Assembly (NCBI GenBank): GCA_030324005.1 | Contig: JARDVH010000133.1 | Span: 5,550,359 to 5,613,537, forward strand | Direction of reading: 5' to 3' | Source: Negaprion brevirostris | Lineage: Eukaryota | DNA length: 63,179 nt | Shown: in pieces, positions 48,970-61,260 of the stretch | How positions within the stretch are numbered: position 1 is the stretch's first letter | Layout: each line of letters begins with the position of its first letter | Translations under genes and position numbers: made by a program | Notes under the pieces: generated by a model | Seen by the model: the letters and a program-made list of their open reading frames with translations, nothing else | The model's database searches: none | What the model was told of the DNA's origin: nothing

Positions 48970-49215
48970 GTTTTTTAAAATTAATTTACGGGATGTGGAT
49001 GTCTCTGGCTACACCAACATTTATTGCCCATCCCCAATTGCTCAAGAAGGTGGTGGTGAGCTGACTTCATGAGTCATAGCAGTCCGTGATGTAGGTATAC
49101 CCACAGTGCTGTTAGGGTGGATTCTGACTCAGAGAGACAGTGAAGGAATGGTGATATATTTCCAAGTCAGGATGGTAAGTGACTTAGACATGAACATTCA
49201 GGTGGTGGTGTGTCA
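48970..49215 (-). mobile_element. LINE family 2 3' end
   Basis: gggatgtggatgtctctggctacaccaacatttattgcccatccccaattg. Confidence 0.75.
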
Positions 49216-49227
49216 GCTGGCAGAATA

Positions 49228-49575
49228 TTGTTTGTTGTTGTTGTTGTTATTTCTCTCTCTGCACCTAGTGATGCACAAGGCAGACGCTTCATTTGTTCCT
49301 ATAGCGAGGTTTTTCTTGCAACATGTTGCTAGCATGTCACCAGAGGCTTATACCTTGAGGGGTGCCACTCCACATCAAACATGGCTGACCAGGGGCCTTG
49401 CTCACTCTTACTACTTGCCATTGGCATATTAGAAGGATTTTGCAGGTTTATATTTAACTGTTTGACCACATTACGAACGCACCTTCCTTGGCCATCAAGT
49501 CTTGGGGATGGAATTTGAATCTGGAACTTCTGGTTCAGAGGCAGGAATGCTATTGACTGCGCAACAAGACCTCCT
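49228..49575 (-). mobile_element. tRNA-derived SINE with (ACA)n tail
   Basis: Minus-strand head ggaggtcttgttgcgcagtcaatagc...cagattcaaattcc; 3' end aacaacaacaac. Confidence 0.6.
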
Positions 49576-49919
49576 GTCTCAGTGGAATACAGTAAAAAAA
49601 CATTTTTTGAAAAGATAGGCAGAAGTCTTAATTGTCTCTGGTGGGGGAAGTAGAATCTGTTATGGAAATATCTCTATAGGAAGTAGATGCTCTGCAGGGA
49701 TTGTGGTCCAGAGCTATGTGAAGCACTGCACCAGCTGTGAATTCATCCAATCAATGTATCATTTCCCTCAGTCTGTAGAGAAAGGAAATGCGGTGGGAAA
49801 TGTGGATTTTGCATGTTTGTCTGCAAACACTGCAGATACCATTGCTGATTGCAAGACTCTTAATTTCATAAGGTATGTAAATAATGACAGTGACAGGCTT
49901 TTCTGAGATGAAGATGACG

Positions 49920-50111
49920 ATGTTGGACTGGGGCAGGCACAGTAAGGAGTCTCACAACACCAGATTAAAGTCCAACAGGTTTATTTGGAATCAGGAGTTT
50001 GCGGACCACTGCTCTTTCATCAGGTGAGGACTGATGATGGAGCAGCGCTCCGAAAGCTTGTGATTCCAAATAAATCTGTTGGACTTTAACCTCATGTTTT
50101 GAGACTTCTTA
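49920..50111. mobile_element. Penelope-like inverted (palindromic) terminal repeats
   Basis: taaggagtctcacaacaccagattaaagtccaacaggtttatttggaatca is inverse to tgattccaaataaatctgttggactttaacctcatgttttgagacttctta. Confidence 0.8.
50031..50062 (+). ncRNA. putative minimal hammerhead ribozyme core
   Basis: CTGATGA-t-GGAGC(agc)GCTCC-GAAA-gcttg: both conserved boxes and a perfect 5-bp stem II. Stems I and III not verified. Confidence 0.55.
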
Positions 50112-50669
50112 GAGTTGTTCTGATGGAAGTAACCCTGAACTGTATTCAAAATCAGAGAATGTTTACTCAAGGATTACATGGCTCGGGCTGTAGTAAAGGA
50201 TAGCAGGCAACACAACGATAAAATACCACACCTATGTTTTTCATTGCAACACGTTCTTTAAAGCTTACAGAATGACAATTAACTTTTGGCATCCAGCCAG
50301 AAACACTGGTTAGGGCTACTCAACTTTTCCTAATCAGCACTTCTGCGTAACACTGCTGTAATTACCATAACAAAGCTGGTGTGCATGCCAATTATAAACC
50401 AGCCAATAACTACTCTATGTTATTCCTGTAGAATTCACCCTCAAGTTTATCCTTCCCTGAATGCTCTGCTGACTTCATGCTGACTTCACACGGATATCCC
50501 TTTGTTCCACTGTTCTATAGATGTCCCTAATGTATCTGAAACCTACAAATGCAGTGTGGGAGGATGGAAAAAAAAAATCACAAAAGATCTGGAAAGTTGA
50601 ACCAATTGTAATGATTGTAGGAAGCAAAGGTGACCTAAGACTTGTGCTGCACAAAATTTACAAATCTAT

Positions 50670-51025
50670 AGAATACATATACACAAACCTACATACGAGG
50701 AGTAGGCCATTCAGCCCTTCAGACCTGCTCTGCTATTCAAGGCTGATCTAATTGTAACCTAAACTTCACATTCCTGCCTATCCTGATAATCTTTCGACCC
50801 TTGGGCCTATCAGGAAACTATTTACTTCTGTGTTAAAAACAGTTAAACACACTATTTCCACTGCCTTTTGAGGCAGAGATTTTTAAAGACTCACGACCTT
50901 CAGAGAAAAAAATTCTCTTGACACATCCACCATGTCAAGGTGCATCAGGGTCTTGTATGTTTCAATCAAGTTGCCTCTCACATTTATAAACTCCAGCAGG
51001 TACAAGCCTAACCTGTCCAAACTTC
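50670..51025 (-). mobile_element. CR1 LINE 3' end
   Basis: ggagtaggccattcagcccttc...tcttgtatgtttcaatcaagttgcctctcacatttataaactccag. Confidence 0.8.
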
Positions 51026-51224
51026 AATGACTTTGTTCTGAAAGATAAACAGTTATGCACAAATAATGAAGCAAGGAGGAAGAGTTAAATGACAAGCCTG
51101 CATGAAAACAATGAAAGCAGGAAGTGCATTTAGATCCACTTGTGCTTCAGTTTTTACCCTAAATTTCAGGTGACCTTTCACTGGGACAGCAGGATGAAGT
51201 GCCAGGGGAATTCTTCTGATGTTA

Positions 51225-51640
51225 CGGCAGCTGTGGCTCAGCTTGTAGTACTCTTGCTTTTGAGTTAGAAGATTGTAAGTTCAAGTTCCCCTTCAAGGAC
51301 TGCGCAGGAAAAAAATCAAGGCAGACAATCCTGTGCAGTACTAAGGGCATGTTGAAGATGCTGTCTGCTGAATGGAATTCTAAACTGAGGTCCCACCTGC
51401 CCTCCAAGGGGAGTACAAAAGATCTAATGGCATGATTTCTAAGAATTATCCCTGGTGGCTGAGTCATGGTTTACCTCTCAACAAATGTATAAAATGGAAT
51501 ATCTGGTCATTGCTTCTTGAGGGAGCTTGCTGTGTGCAAACTCCCTGCTGCATTTCCTACATTAAAACTTTAAAAAATGTACACCATTGGCTTTGAAACA
51601 TCCTGGGTCACATAAGATGATGTGCATGCCTTTTCTTTTC
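51225..51640 (+). mobile_element. DeuSINE (SacSINE1-like), near full length
   Basis: tRNA-like head gtggctcagcttgtagtactcttgc...gttcaagttcc; Deu-domain-like core taaactgaggtccc...aaaagatc...atctggtcatt...gggagcttgctgtgtgcaaa. Confidence 0.75.
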
Positions 51641-52229
51641 TCTAAACACATCTGGGGATAGAAGTTGGACACCAGGTCAAATTTTCCAATCCCTCCCTCC
51701 AGCCAGTGAGAAAAAATTTCACCCACACTCTCATTCTTAACGAATTCAACTATTGATAGTCTGGACCCATAACTGGAACCGACAAGGGTAGTTATACAGG
51801 TTATTCCACTTTGATTAATCAACAATCCAGATACAGTGGTTATGAAGTGCAGATTTATTCAGAAACGACGAGTGAAAGCAATGGCAATACAAATTTTGTA
51901 CAAGCATTGTAAGAAACGGGGACACTTAACCCATAAGACATACAATGCCTGGTATGAAAAAATACAAATATAATGAAAAACTTGAAAGGTTATTCGTTAG
52001 AGGATGACATAGTAGAGATGATGACACCATAGGACAGAAGCAGACCATCTCCAGTTGCTGAATATCCACAAAAGCAAATGAGGGATAAGGGATAGAGGAA
52101 CTGTTTTCCCAAGTAAAGGGCAACTGCTGAGCTGCACTGCTAGGTCCAAATGACCTATTTCCATGTTATGACTTTTATGTACTTTGAACAATCTAGGATA
52201 TAGGCAAGATGCACTAAACTCCAGTGGAA

Positions 52230-53020
52230 GTTTTTTTTACATTTGTTCCTGGGATTTGGGCTTTCCTGGCCATGCCAGCATTTATTGACCATCCTGAATT
52301 AACCTTGACAAGGTGGTAGTAAGCTGCCTTCTTGAACAGTTGTAGTCTGTGTGTTGTAGAAATACCTACAGTGCTGTTAGGAAAGGATTTCTAGGATTTA
52401 GATTCAGCAACAGTAAAGAAAGGGTGATGTAGTTCCAAATCAGGTCAGAGAGTGACTTGGAGGGACACTTGCAGTTGGTAGTGTTCCTATGCATCTGCTC
52501 CTTTTGTCCTTCTAGTGGCAGAGGTCAGAGGTTTGGAAGGTAGTGTTGAAGGAGTGTTGGTGAGTTATTGCAGTGCATCTTGTAGATAGTACACATTGCT
52601 TCAAATGTGCATTGATGATAGAGGATATAAATATTTATGGTGGTGGATTGAGTGCCAATCAAGTGGACTGCTTTGTCATATATGGTGTTGAGCTTTGAGT
52701 GTTGTTAGAGCTGCACTCATCCAGTGGACAGTATTCCATCACATTCCTCACTTGTGCCTAGTAGATGGTGGATAGGCTTTAGGGAATCAGGAGATGAGCT
52801 ACTTGCTGCAGAATTCCTAGCCTCTGATGTACTCTTATAGCCATGGTATTTACGTGGCTAATCCGGTTCAGTTTCTGGTCAATAACAACCCTCAAGATGT
52901 TGGTATTGGGGGATTCAGCGATGGTAATGCTATTGAATGTTAAGAAGGGGTGGTTAGATTCTGTCTTGTTGAAGATGGCCATTGCCTGGCATTTGTGTGG
53001 AGTGAATGTTACTTGCCATT
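52230..53020 (-). mobile_element. LINE family 2 3' part
   Basis: SNHPFLTFNSITIAESPNTNILRVVIDQKLNRISHVNTMAIRVHQRLGILQQVAHLL (post-RT region), 3' UTR ending in poly-A. Confidence 0.85.
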
Positions 53021-53059
53021 AAAATTTATTGCACATTCAAGAAATCATACAAAAGTGAC

Positions 53060-53660
53060 AGTTGCCCTTCAGAAGGCAATGGTGAGCTGCCTTCCTAAAC
53101 CGCTGCAATTCTAAGGTGTAGGTCCACCCACAGTGCTGTAAGAGAGGAAATTCTAGGATTTTGACCCAGCGAATCAAAGGAGGAAGAGCGATATCTTTTC
53201 AAGTCAAGGTGGTGAATGGCCTGGAGGGAAGCCTCCAGGTGGAGGTGATCCCAGGTACCTGCTGCTCTTGTCCTTCTAGATGGTAGGGGTCGTAGGTTGG
53301 AAGGCACCGCCAAAGAAACCTTTGAGAGTTTCTGCAGTGCATCTTGTAGGTGGTACATACAGTTGCCATTGTTTATCAGTGGTGGAAGGATTGTGGAAGG
53401 GGTAACAATCAAGCAGGCTGCTTTATCCGGAATTGTTTCAAGCTTCCTGAGTGTTGGTGGTGCTGCATTTATCCAAGCATATGGACTGTCTCATCACACT
53501 CCTTACTTGTGCCTTATTTGAGGCAGACAAGCTTTGGGGAATCAGGAGGTGAATTGCTCGCCACAGTATTTCTAGACTATGACTTGCTCTGGTAGCCACC
53601 GTATTTATCTATATGGCTATTCCAGTTCCGTTTCTGGTCAATGGTAACCAACCCCCCGGA
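53060..53660 (-). mobile_element. LINE family 2 3' part, second adjacent copy
   Basis: PSNLRPLPSRRTRAAGTWDHLHLEASLQAIHHLDLKRYR; collinear with 52300-52900. Confidence 0.8.
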
Positions 53661-53949
53661 TGACCATCAAAACTACAAAAATCTCTCTGAATAGGTACAC
53701 TTAAGTGGTCTATGAGCATCACACCTTCCTCAAGGTCAGTAAACCATTTCTGGAAATTCTATATTTGGATTCTCACTGAGGCGAGGAACAGAAGAGGTAA
53801 ACGTGTAATGTATCGAACTACTCCAACACTGCAATCTCTATTGACAACTTGAATTAGAAAGCAGAATAGGAAAAACTAACTTACTGGGATAGCTCAACAA
53901 TAAAAGGAGTTAATTCCTCTCAATCCCAGATAAGTTACAAGCACAAACT

Positions 53950-53980
53950 GGGGCGGGGCGGGGCGGGGCGGGGCGGGGCG
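53950..53980. repeat. (GGGGC)6 perfect tandem repeat
   Basis: Seen directly. Confidence 0.95.
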
Positions 53981-54489
53981 TTTATACTACTCAACAGAAT
54001 CAGGGCCAGGTCTGTCTGTAAGATATTTATTTTCAGTCTCAATGCACTCTAGTTTAAATACATTATATGATAAACCATGAAACTAATGTGATAAAGGCAA
54101 AAGACACAGTAGGCTTGTCTGGAGATGGGGATTGGACTTTCACCTGAAGTGGAAAACAGGAACTGGGTTTCTTTTTGGATCAGAAACTCACCTTTGGTGG
54201 GAATCTGATCAAATTCAGATTTTTATAATGGGAAGTCCTTAACTGACCAGGATACAGGCTTCCTATGCTCTTAAAGCCACTGATGGCAGCAACAGACGTG
54301 TGCTGGATAGCATGAGGCTCATCTAGACCTGGCAAAGCAGCAATCACCGAGGCTGCTGGCTATCCTCTGAGAAAAATCCACTGAATGAGCCAAATCCTTC
54401 CATGGCACCAGAAGAAAGCAAAATGACAGAAGCAAGACTTGGGCCTGCCACCAAGGAAAGGCTGCCCTCTGTTTCATCAATGCTAACCT

Positions 54490-55560
54490 GGACCAAATGG
54501 GATTCAGAGAAACTTGGTGAGATAGAGCCAAAACTGGTTTACTAGTAGGGCACAAAGGGTAGTGGTAGAAGGTTGTTTGAGTGACTGGATGTTGGTCTCC
54601 AGTGCCATACCACAAGGTTNNNNNNNNNNNNNNNNNNNNNNNNNNNNNNNNNNNNNNNNNNNNNNNNNNNNNNNNNNNNNNNNNNNNNNNNNNNNNNNNN
54701 NNNNNNNNNNNNNNNNNNNNNNNNNNNNNNNNNNNNNNNNNNNNNNNNNNNNNNNNNNNNNNNNNNNNNNNNNNNNNNNNNNNNNNNNNNNNNNNNNNNN
54801 NNNNNNNNNNNNNNNNNNNNNNNNNNNNNNNNNNNNNNNNNNNNNNNNNNNNNNNNNNNNNNNNNNNNNNNNNNNNNNNNNNNNNNNNNNNNNNNNNNNN
54901 NNNNNNNNGATCCCTGAAGGCAGCAGAGCAGGTGAATAGGGAGTTAAGAAGACATATGGGCACTTGCTTTTATGAGTCTTGGCATGGAGTATAAGAGCAA
55001 GGAGATAATGTTGAAGCTGTACAAAACGTTGGTTAGGCCACTGCTGGAGTGTTGTGTCATTTCATGATAGAAAGGAATGTGATAACACTAGAGGGGGTAC
55101 AGAGGAGACTCACCAGGGTGGAGCATTTGAAATATAAAGAGAGACTGGATGGGCTTGGATTGTTTCATTTAGAGCAGGGAAGGCTGAGGGGGGACATGAT
55201 TGAGGTGTATAAGATTATGCAGGGTGTGGACAGGGTGAGTAGGAAGCAGCTGACCCCCTTGGTTCCGGGATCAATCACGAGGGGTCATAGTTTTAGAGTG
55301 AGGGGCAGGTGATTCAGAGAGGATTTGAGAAAATCTTTTTCACTCAGGGAGTGGTGGAAATCTGGAATGCACTGCCTGGGAAGGTAATAGAGGCCAGAAA
55401 CCTTACAACCGTTGAAAGGTATTTGGATGAGCACTCGAGACATCATAACATTCAAGGATCTGGGACAAGTGCTGGAAAATGGGATTGGGGTGATTTTAGT
55501 GGTAGTTATTGTGGGTGCAGACTCGATGGGCTAAAGGGCCTTTTCTGCACTGTACGAATT
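54490..55560 (+). mobile_element. CR1 LINE 3' part (spans gap)
   Basis: QRVVVEGCLSDWMLVSSAIPQG; LEGVQRRLTR...YKERLDGLGLFHLEQGRLRGDMIEVYKIM; CR1 tail. Confidence 0.9.
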
Positions 55561-55589
55561 TAACACTCAAATGTTGGAGGTTATGAGAG

Positions 55590-56040
55590 AGATGCCGCGT
55601 CCAGGAGTGCTGCAGGAAGAAACTGTCACTTCGTGCAGGAACACCTCTGTTCAGTTCTAACCCCATCAGCCTTTCTCCCTCCTCCATCACCTCCTGCTGC
55701 TCTCAGGATAAGTTGTCTCCTTTCAGGACCTCACCGTCCTTGAATCTCACAGCTCTACGGAGGGCCATGTAATGCAAAGGGCAGCAGACCAATACAATGA
55801 CTGAGATCTTTGCAGGTGCCACTGGTTTGGCCCAGGCACCAGAACTGCATTTTCATAAGCCTGATGGCCTGCTCAATTGTCATCTTAATGATTTGTTATC
55901 CTCTCCTTGATCTTTTAACGGGACATCTCTTGACCCTAGGATCATCCATGCACTTTGGATGTTAGAGTGAAGATCTGAGTTACAGTCGACTGCTAGGAAT
56001 GAAAGAGTCAGGGGAGCTGCCAGGAAAGTGAATGCACACA
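55590..56040 (-). pseudogene. Harbinger (HARBI1-like) transposase relic, C-terminal half
   Basis: With frameshifts: CIHFPGSSPDSFI, TIEQAIRLMKMQFWCLGQTSG, ISVIVLVCCPLHYMALRR. These match HARBI1-type FPGS.HD, IE..IG.LK.RFRCL and CC.LHN motifs. Confidence 0.85.
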
Positions 56041-56420
56041 TATCATGCAAACCAGCCTCCCATCCATTGGACTCTGTCTACACTTCCTGCTTCCTCGGCA
56101 AAGCAGGCAGCATAAATAAGGACCCCAGGCATCCCGGACAGTGTCTCTTCCACCTTCTTTCTTCAGGAAAAAGATACAAAAGTCTGAGGTCACGTACTAA
56201 CCAACTCAAGAACAGCTTCTTCCCTGCTGCTGTCAGACTTTTGAATGGATTTGCATTAAGTTGATCTTTCTCTACATCCTAGCTAACACTGTAATACGAC
56301 ATTCTGCAATCTGTTTCCTTCTCTATGAACAGTATGTTTTGTCTGTATAGCGCGCAAGAAACAATACTTCTCATTGTATGTTAATACATGTGACAATAAT
56401 GAATCAAATAAATCAAATCA
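56041..56420 (+). mobile_element. Rex1/Babar LINE 3' end with (AAATC)n tail
   Basis: DSVYTSCFLGKAGSINKDPRHPGQCLFHLLSSGKRYKSLRSRTNQLKNSFFPAAVRLLNG is the typical Rex/Babar C-terminus. Confidence 0.85.
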
Positions 56421-57588
56421 GATCCTAAACGAATATTTCTCATCAGTATTTACTGTTGAGAAAAGCATGGATGTTAGGGAACTTGGGGAAATAAAGTGTG
56501 ATGTCTTGAGCAGTGTACATATTATAGCGGACGTGGTATTGGAAGTCTTAAAGCGAATCAAGGAAGATAAATTCCTGGGACCTGATGAAGTCTATCCCAG
56601 GGCATTGTGGGAGGCTAGGGAGGAAATTGCGGGTCCCCTAGCAGAGATATTTGAATCATCGACAGTCACAAGTGAGGTACCTGAAGATTGGAGAGTGGCA
56701 AACGTTGTGCCTTTGTTTAAAAAAGGCTGCAGGGAAAAGCCTGTGAATGACAGGCCAGTGAGCCTCACATCTGTGGTGGGTAAATTGTTGGCACGTATTT
56801 TGAGAGACAGGATCTGCAGGCATTTAGAGACGCAAGGACTGATTAGGGACAGTCAGCATGTGAGTGGAAGATCATCTCTTACAAGTTTGATTGGGTTTTT
56901 TTGAAGGGGTAACCAAGAAGGGAGATGAGGGCAGTGCCGTCAATGTTGTCTGCATGGACTTTAGCAAGGCTTTTGACAAGGTACTACATGTAGGTTGTTG
57001 TACAAGGTTAAATATCACGAGATCCAGGGTGAGGTAGCTAAATGAATACAAAATTGGCTTGATGGCAGAACACAGTAAGTAGTCTCACAACACCAGATTA
57101 AAGTCCATGTAAACACGTTTACTACCAANNNNNNNNNNNNNNNNNNNNNNNNNNNNNNNNNNNNNNNNNNNNNNNNNNNNNNNNNNNNNNNNNNNNNNNN
57201 NNNNNNNNNNNNNNNNNNNNNNNNNNNNNNNNNNNNNNNNNNNNNNNNNNNNNNNNNNNNNNNNNNNNNNNNNNNNNNNNNNNNNNNNNNNNNNNNNNNN
57301 NNNNNNNNNNNNNNNNNNNNNNNNNNNNNNNNNNNNNNNNNNNNNNNNNNNNNNNNNNNNNNNNNNNNNNNNNNNNNNNNNNNNNNNNNNNNNNNNNNNN
57401 NNNNNNNNNNNNNNNNNNNNNNNNNNNNNNNNNNNNNNNNNNNNNNNAGTTACATGGATAAGATGGGTATAGAGGGATATGAGGCCAAATGTGGGCAATT
57501 AGGAATAGCTTTAAGGTTTAAAAAAATGGGCAGCATGGACAAGTTGGGCCAAAGAGCCTATTTCCATGTTGCAATTCTCTATGACTCT
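56421..57588 (+). mobile_element. CR1 LINE (spans gap), with a Penelope fragment at about 57070-57110
   Basis: ILNEYFSSVFTVEK...GPDEVYPRAL...VPEDWRVANVVPLFKKG...RPVSLTSVVGKLL...DFSKAFDKV; tail ctctatgactct. Confidence 0.93.
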
Positions 57589-57597
57589 AAATCAAAT

Positions 57598-58070
57598 CAC
57601 AAGGAGGAAGTTCTTGCTATGATCACAGATCAGTTCATTTGAGGTGAATGGAAGCCCTTGCTTGAGCTGAATATGAGTGAGCACTTGCTGGGTGCTGCAA
57701 TGGCCATATACCTTGTAGCTGGGGGGATGCCAATGGTGGGTGGTGAAACCCAGTGATTTCTGTCACTGAGAGGCTACATTTGTTGCAAAACAAACTGTAC
57801 TGCCAAGTCCTGGCAAAGTGGTTCTCAATAACCTGAGAGATGCAGCAGAGTGGAACTGTCCATAAGATGCTACCAAGGGCCACAGCTGGGCCTTGGAATG
57901 AACCTGAAGTGAAGGAGTTCAGGCCACTGCGACTTGGATGGTTACTGGCAATGCATAGTGACTAGTGCTGTGACATTTGAGGATTTCAGCAAGGTCACAA
58001 ACATCTGTGACCATCTGCTTAGAAAGTTGCAGTTTCCTGGTCATTTCCAGGTATCTGTCTCTGGCATTGA
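57598..58070 (-). pseudogene. Harbinger (HARBI1-like) transposase relic, N-terminal half
   Basis: With frameshifts: HYALPVTIQVAVA/LNSFTSGSFQG...CCISQV...MAIAAP...KGFHS/ELICDHSKNFLLV. Confidence 0.85.
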
Positions 58071-59241
58071 AATTGCCCTCTGTGCCTCTTTCCTGCCCTG
58101 TCCCTTCTTACTGCTTGGGGTTGTGTCTTTTCTGTGGAGTGGGCTATGCCTCATTGGCACTGGGCTTAAAATCTGATAGTTGTGCTCTGACTGCCAGCTG
58201 CAGCCTTCTTTCTGGGCAAGTAGCTGCCCAATTTTGCCCCCTGCCCCTCTCCACGCATGATGCCAGGGACCAATCCCATTCAATGCCTGGCATTAAGCAC
58301 CCACCTTCCTTTCCACCTGCACATTGATTCCTCCTTGGCCCGGCTGGTCCTCCTATAGGGCCAGGATGACGCTCTGGAGCAACCTTGACTGTTTTCCCAT
58401 TCGGTACCTGCCTCCCTTCAGGCAATCAGCAACAGGCAGCTCCTGAAACCCCTTGTACACCCTTTTAAATATTCCACCCTCCCCTTCCAAAAGGTTCTTC
58501 ACGACGTTTTACCTATCACATTTGCCCAGAAACACCAGAAATAAAATTCAATAAGCAATGTAAGGAACGNNNNNNNNNNNNNNNNNNNNNNNNNNNNNNN
58601 NNNNNNNNNNNNNNNNNNNNNNNNNNNNNNNNNNNNNNNNNNNNNNNNNNNNNNNNNNNNNNNNNNNNNAAATAAAATTCAATAAGCAATGTAAGGAACG
58701 AAATTACCAACTTTGTTCACTTCCTTGGCATAATCACTGTAACCTTTGTTCCCTGGTGATCTGTTTAAAATCTTTTTGGAATTATTTTTGTAAAAGGAAA
58801 GATGCATCATCCAAATAAAATACCAAGATGTTGCTTTACTTGGTGTTCATTAGACATCCAAACAAGCATTAAATCCTGTGCTTGAGAAAGCACATTGTTT
58901 AATTTAGATCAGTTAGTGATAATTATGAGCATGACGTCTGTGAAGAAGCTAACCCAGTTCCAAGAGAACGGAAGCAGCAGTTTCCCACAGGTAAAGGAAC
59001 AATCCATTTCCCTGCTCTGCACAGTGATGACACATTCCCGTCAGTGTCCCCAGCACCGTTTCTGCATTATTAATGAAAAGGCTGACATTTCCAGTTAGAT
59101 GCTGAGATTATCAGCAGCAAGGTCCTGCTAGATTCACCCCTTCTCTGTTTTATCAATATACATTTAATTGAAAATGCTTCTACGACATACTTTTATTTTC
59201 CCACAGGTAAACTGAGATTTAGGTGGATTATTATCTCCCTT

Positions 59242-59585
59242 TGGTGTAGTGGTATTGTCACTGGACAGGTAATCCAGAGACCGAGGTCATGACCCGGGTT
59301 CAAATTCCATCGTGGCAGATGGTGAAATTGGAATTCAATAAAATAAATCTACAATCAAATGGTGATTATGAAACCATTGTGGATTGTCGTAAAAACCCAT
59401 CTGGTTCACTAATGTCCTTTCGGGAAGGAAATCTGCTGTCCTTATCTGGTCTGGCCTACATGCAACTCCAGAGTCACAGCAATGTTGTTGACTCTAAAAT
59501 GTGCTCTGAAATGGAGGGCAATAAGGGATGGGCAATAAATGCTGGCCCAGCTAGAGATACCCATGTCACACAAATGAATTAAAAA
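59242..59585 (+). mobile_element. tRNA-derived SINE with LINE-family-2 tail
   Basis: tggtgtagtggtattgtcactggac...gggttcaaattcc...ggatgggcaataaatgctggccc...aatgaattaaaaa. Confidence 0.85.
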
Positions 59586-59729
59586 CTTAAGAGATGCACA
59601 ACAGAAACTGTCAATTTTCAGAACATTTCTTTTGAAAAAAGTTCAAAATAGCAAACAGTTAAGAGTTATGAGTAGATCGCTGAAATATTGAAACAAACGT
59701 TTATTGCATAACAAGAGTGGGCTTTTGTG

Positions 59730-60285
59730 ACAGGATCTTTAAACTTACCCGGCTGACAGCAGCTGGTGCCATAAAAAAAATGGGGTTGGCCTCTTTCATT
59801 TGACTCAGCTGCACTTTGTCACTTGAACCCAGGATACGCTGCACTGCCTGAATCTCACCTGGTCCAGAGGTGATGCAAGGTAGACCGGGGAAAATATCAG
59901 CTAAGAAATGCGGGGGGAGAAAAATTAGGGCTGCCTAGGGCAGGGGTGGGGGGAGATTTGGGGTTGCACATGGGAGGAAAAAAAAAATCGGAGCTGGCCA
60001 TAGGTGGCTGGTGATCGGGGGAAGGGGTCAGGAAGAAATCGAGTGGCTGGTGATCGGGAGACAGCATTTAAGAGGGTTTGCCTGCACCAATCTCCTCACT
60101 GACATAAGGTGCAAGTGCAGTAGCCAAATCACTGCGCTGATTCTGGCCTCTCCAGCAAGACGAGACCCCACCCCCCACATGAATTCCCCCTGGGACTTTC
60201 GTTCAACTAAATATGCTCAATAAACAGGGAGGAGATCTTGTCGGGCACTCAGTTTTTAGGGCAAAAATTGCACCTCCCCCACCAG
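59730..60285 (-). mobile_element. GC-rich MITE-like fragment, possibly related to the Harbinger-type elements
   Basis: gcgctgattctggcctctccagc...actcagtttttag resembles the reverse of the left end of 38084-38878. Confidence 0.4.
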
Positions 60286-60294
60286 ACGTGTGAA

Positions 60295-61260
60295 GAGTGC
60301 TGAGTTGATTGTGGCTGTCTACTGTGGGGGGTCTGAATAATCATTTCTCCTAATCTGCATGGACAACTTCTTGAATAACTACACGAAGGACATCCTGGTT
60401 TAGTCCAGATGAAGCAATTGGCATGTAGTTATTTTTGGTGGCCATGCGTGGATACTCAGATTGAAGAAAGAAGTGGGACGGTGCCAATCCTGTGCACAAA
60501 TAAGGGATACATCACCGTTCTCTCCTTTACACCCTTGGGAGTGGCCTAAAATGCCATGGCAACAATTGCATGAGACCGAATGTCATTGAGGCTGTCGCAA
60601 ATAAAGAAGAGGGGTGATGACGAAAGAAGTACTGATAAAAGGACAAAACCGTCCGTTTGACGGTTACATGTTCTTAGTCATACTTGATGCACTTGATGAT
60701 CAGAAGTTATCATAAGATCTACTACATCTGAATAAACCACTGAAAAACTTGACGAAATTTTAGTTCACAAAAGTTTGAGGATTATCTCAAAGTAAATGGT
60801 ATTCAACATATAAAATCAATACCTTATCATCCATCAACCAATGGATGAGCTGAAAATTTCAACAATCTTTGAAACATTCTTTAAAAGCTTCATAACAGCA
60901 TGTTTGATATCATGTTGTGTGAATAGCTTTTTGGCATCTTATAGAGCCACTACTCATGCAACTACCCAAAGTTCACCTGCGTTGCTACTCAAAGAGAAAG
61001 TTGAGAACTAGGTTTGATTTGTTATTACCTCCAGAAATTTCAGAGATAGTAGAGCATTAACAACAATCTCAAGTTGCTGGACAAGAAATGAGGGCAAAAC
61101 AATGCTCATTTCAACAAGGAGATTGAGTGTTAGCGTGTAACTACACCATAAATGAGGAATGAGTACCAGCCAGAAATTTAGCAAAAACAGGTGCAATTTC
61201 TTACATGGTTCAAACTGAAGATGAACTCGTTTGGCAGCACCACGCTAACCAATTGCTGTC
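60295..61260 (+). mobile_element. Ty3/Gypsy integrase relic
   Basis: GCLLWG...LHEGHPGLVQMKQLACSYFWWP...CQSCAQ...LHPWEWPKMPWQQLH (HHCC zinc finger); NGIQHIKSIPYHPSTNG*AE. Confidence 0.88.

Noticed and set aside
56374-56904. 176-aa ORF as a host gene
   Set aside because: CR1 ORF2 fragment read in from a Rex 3' tail.
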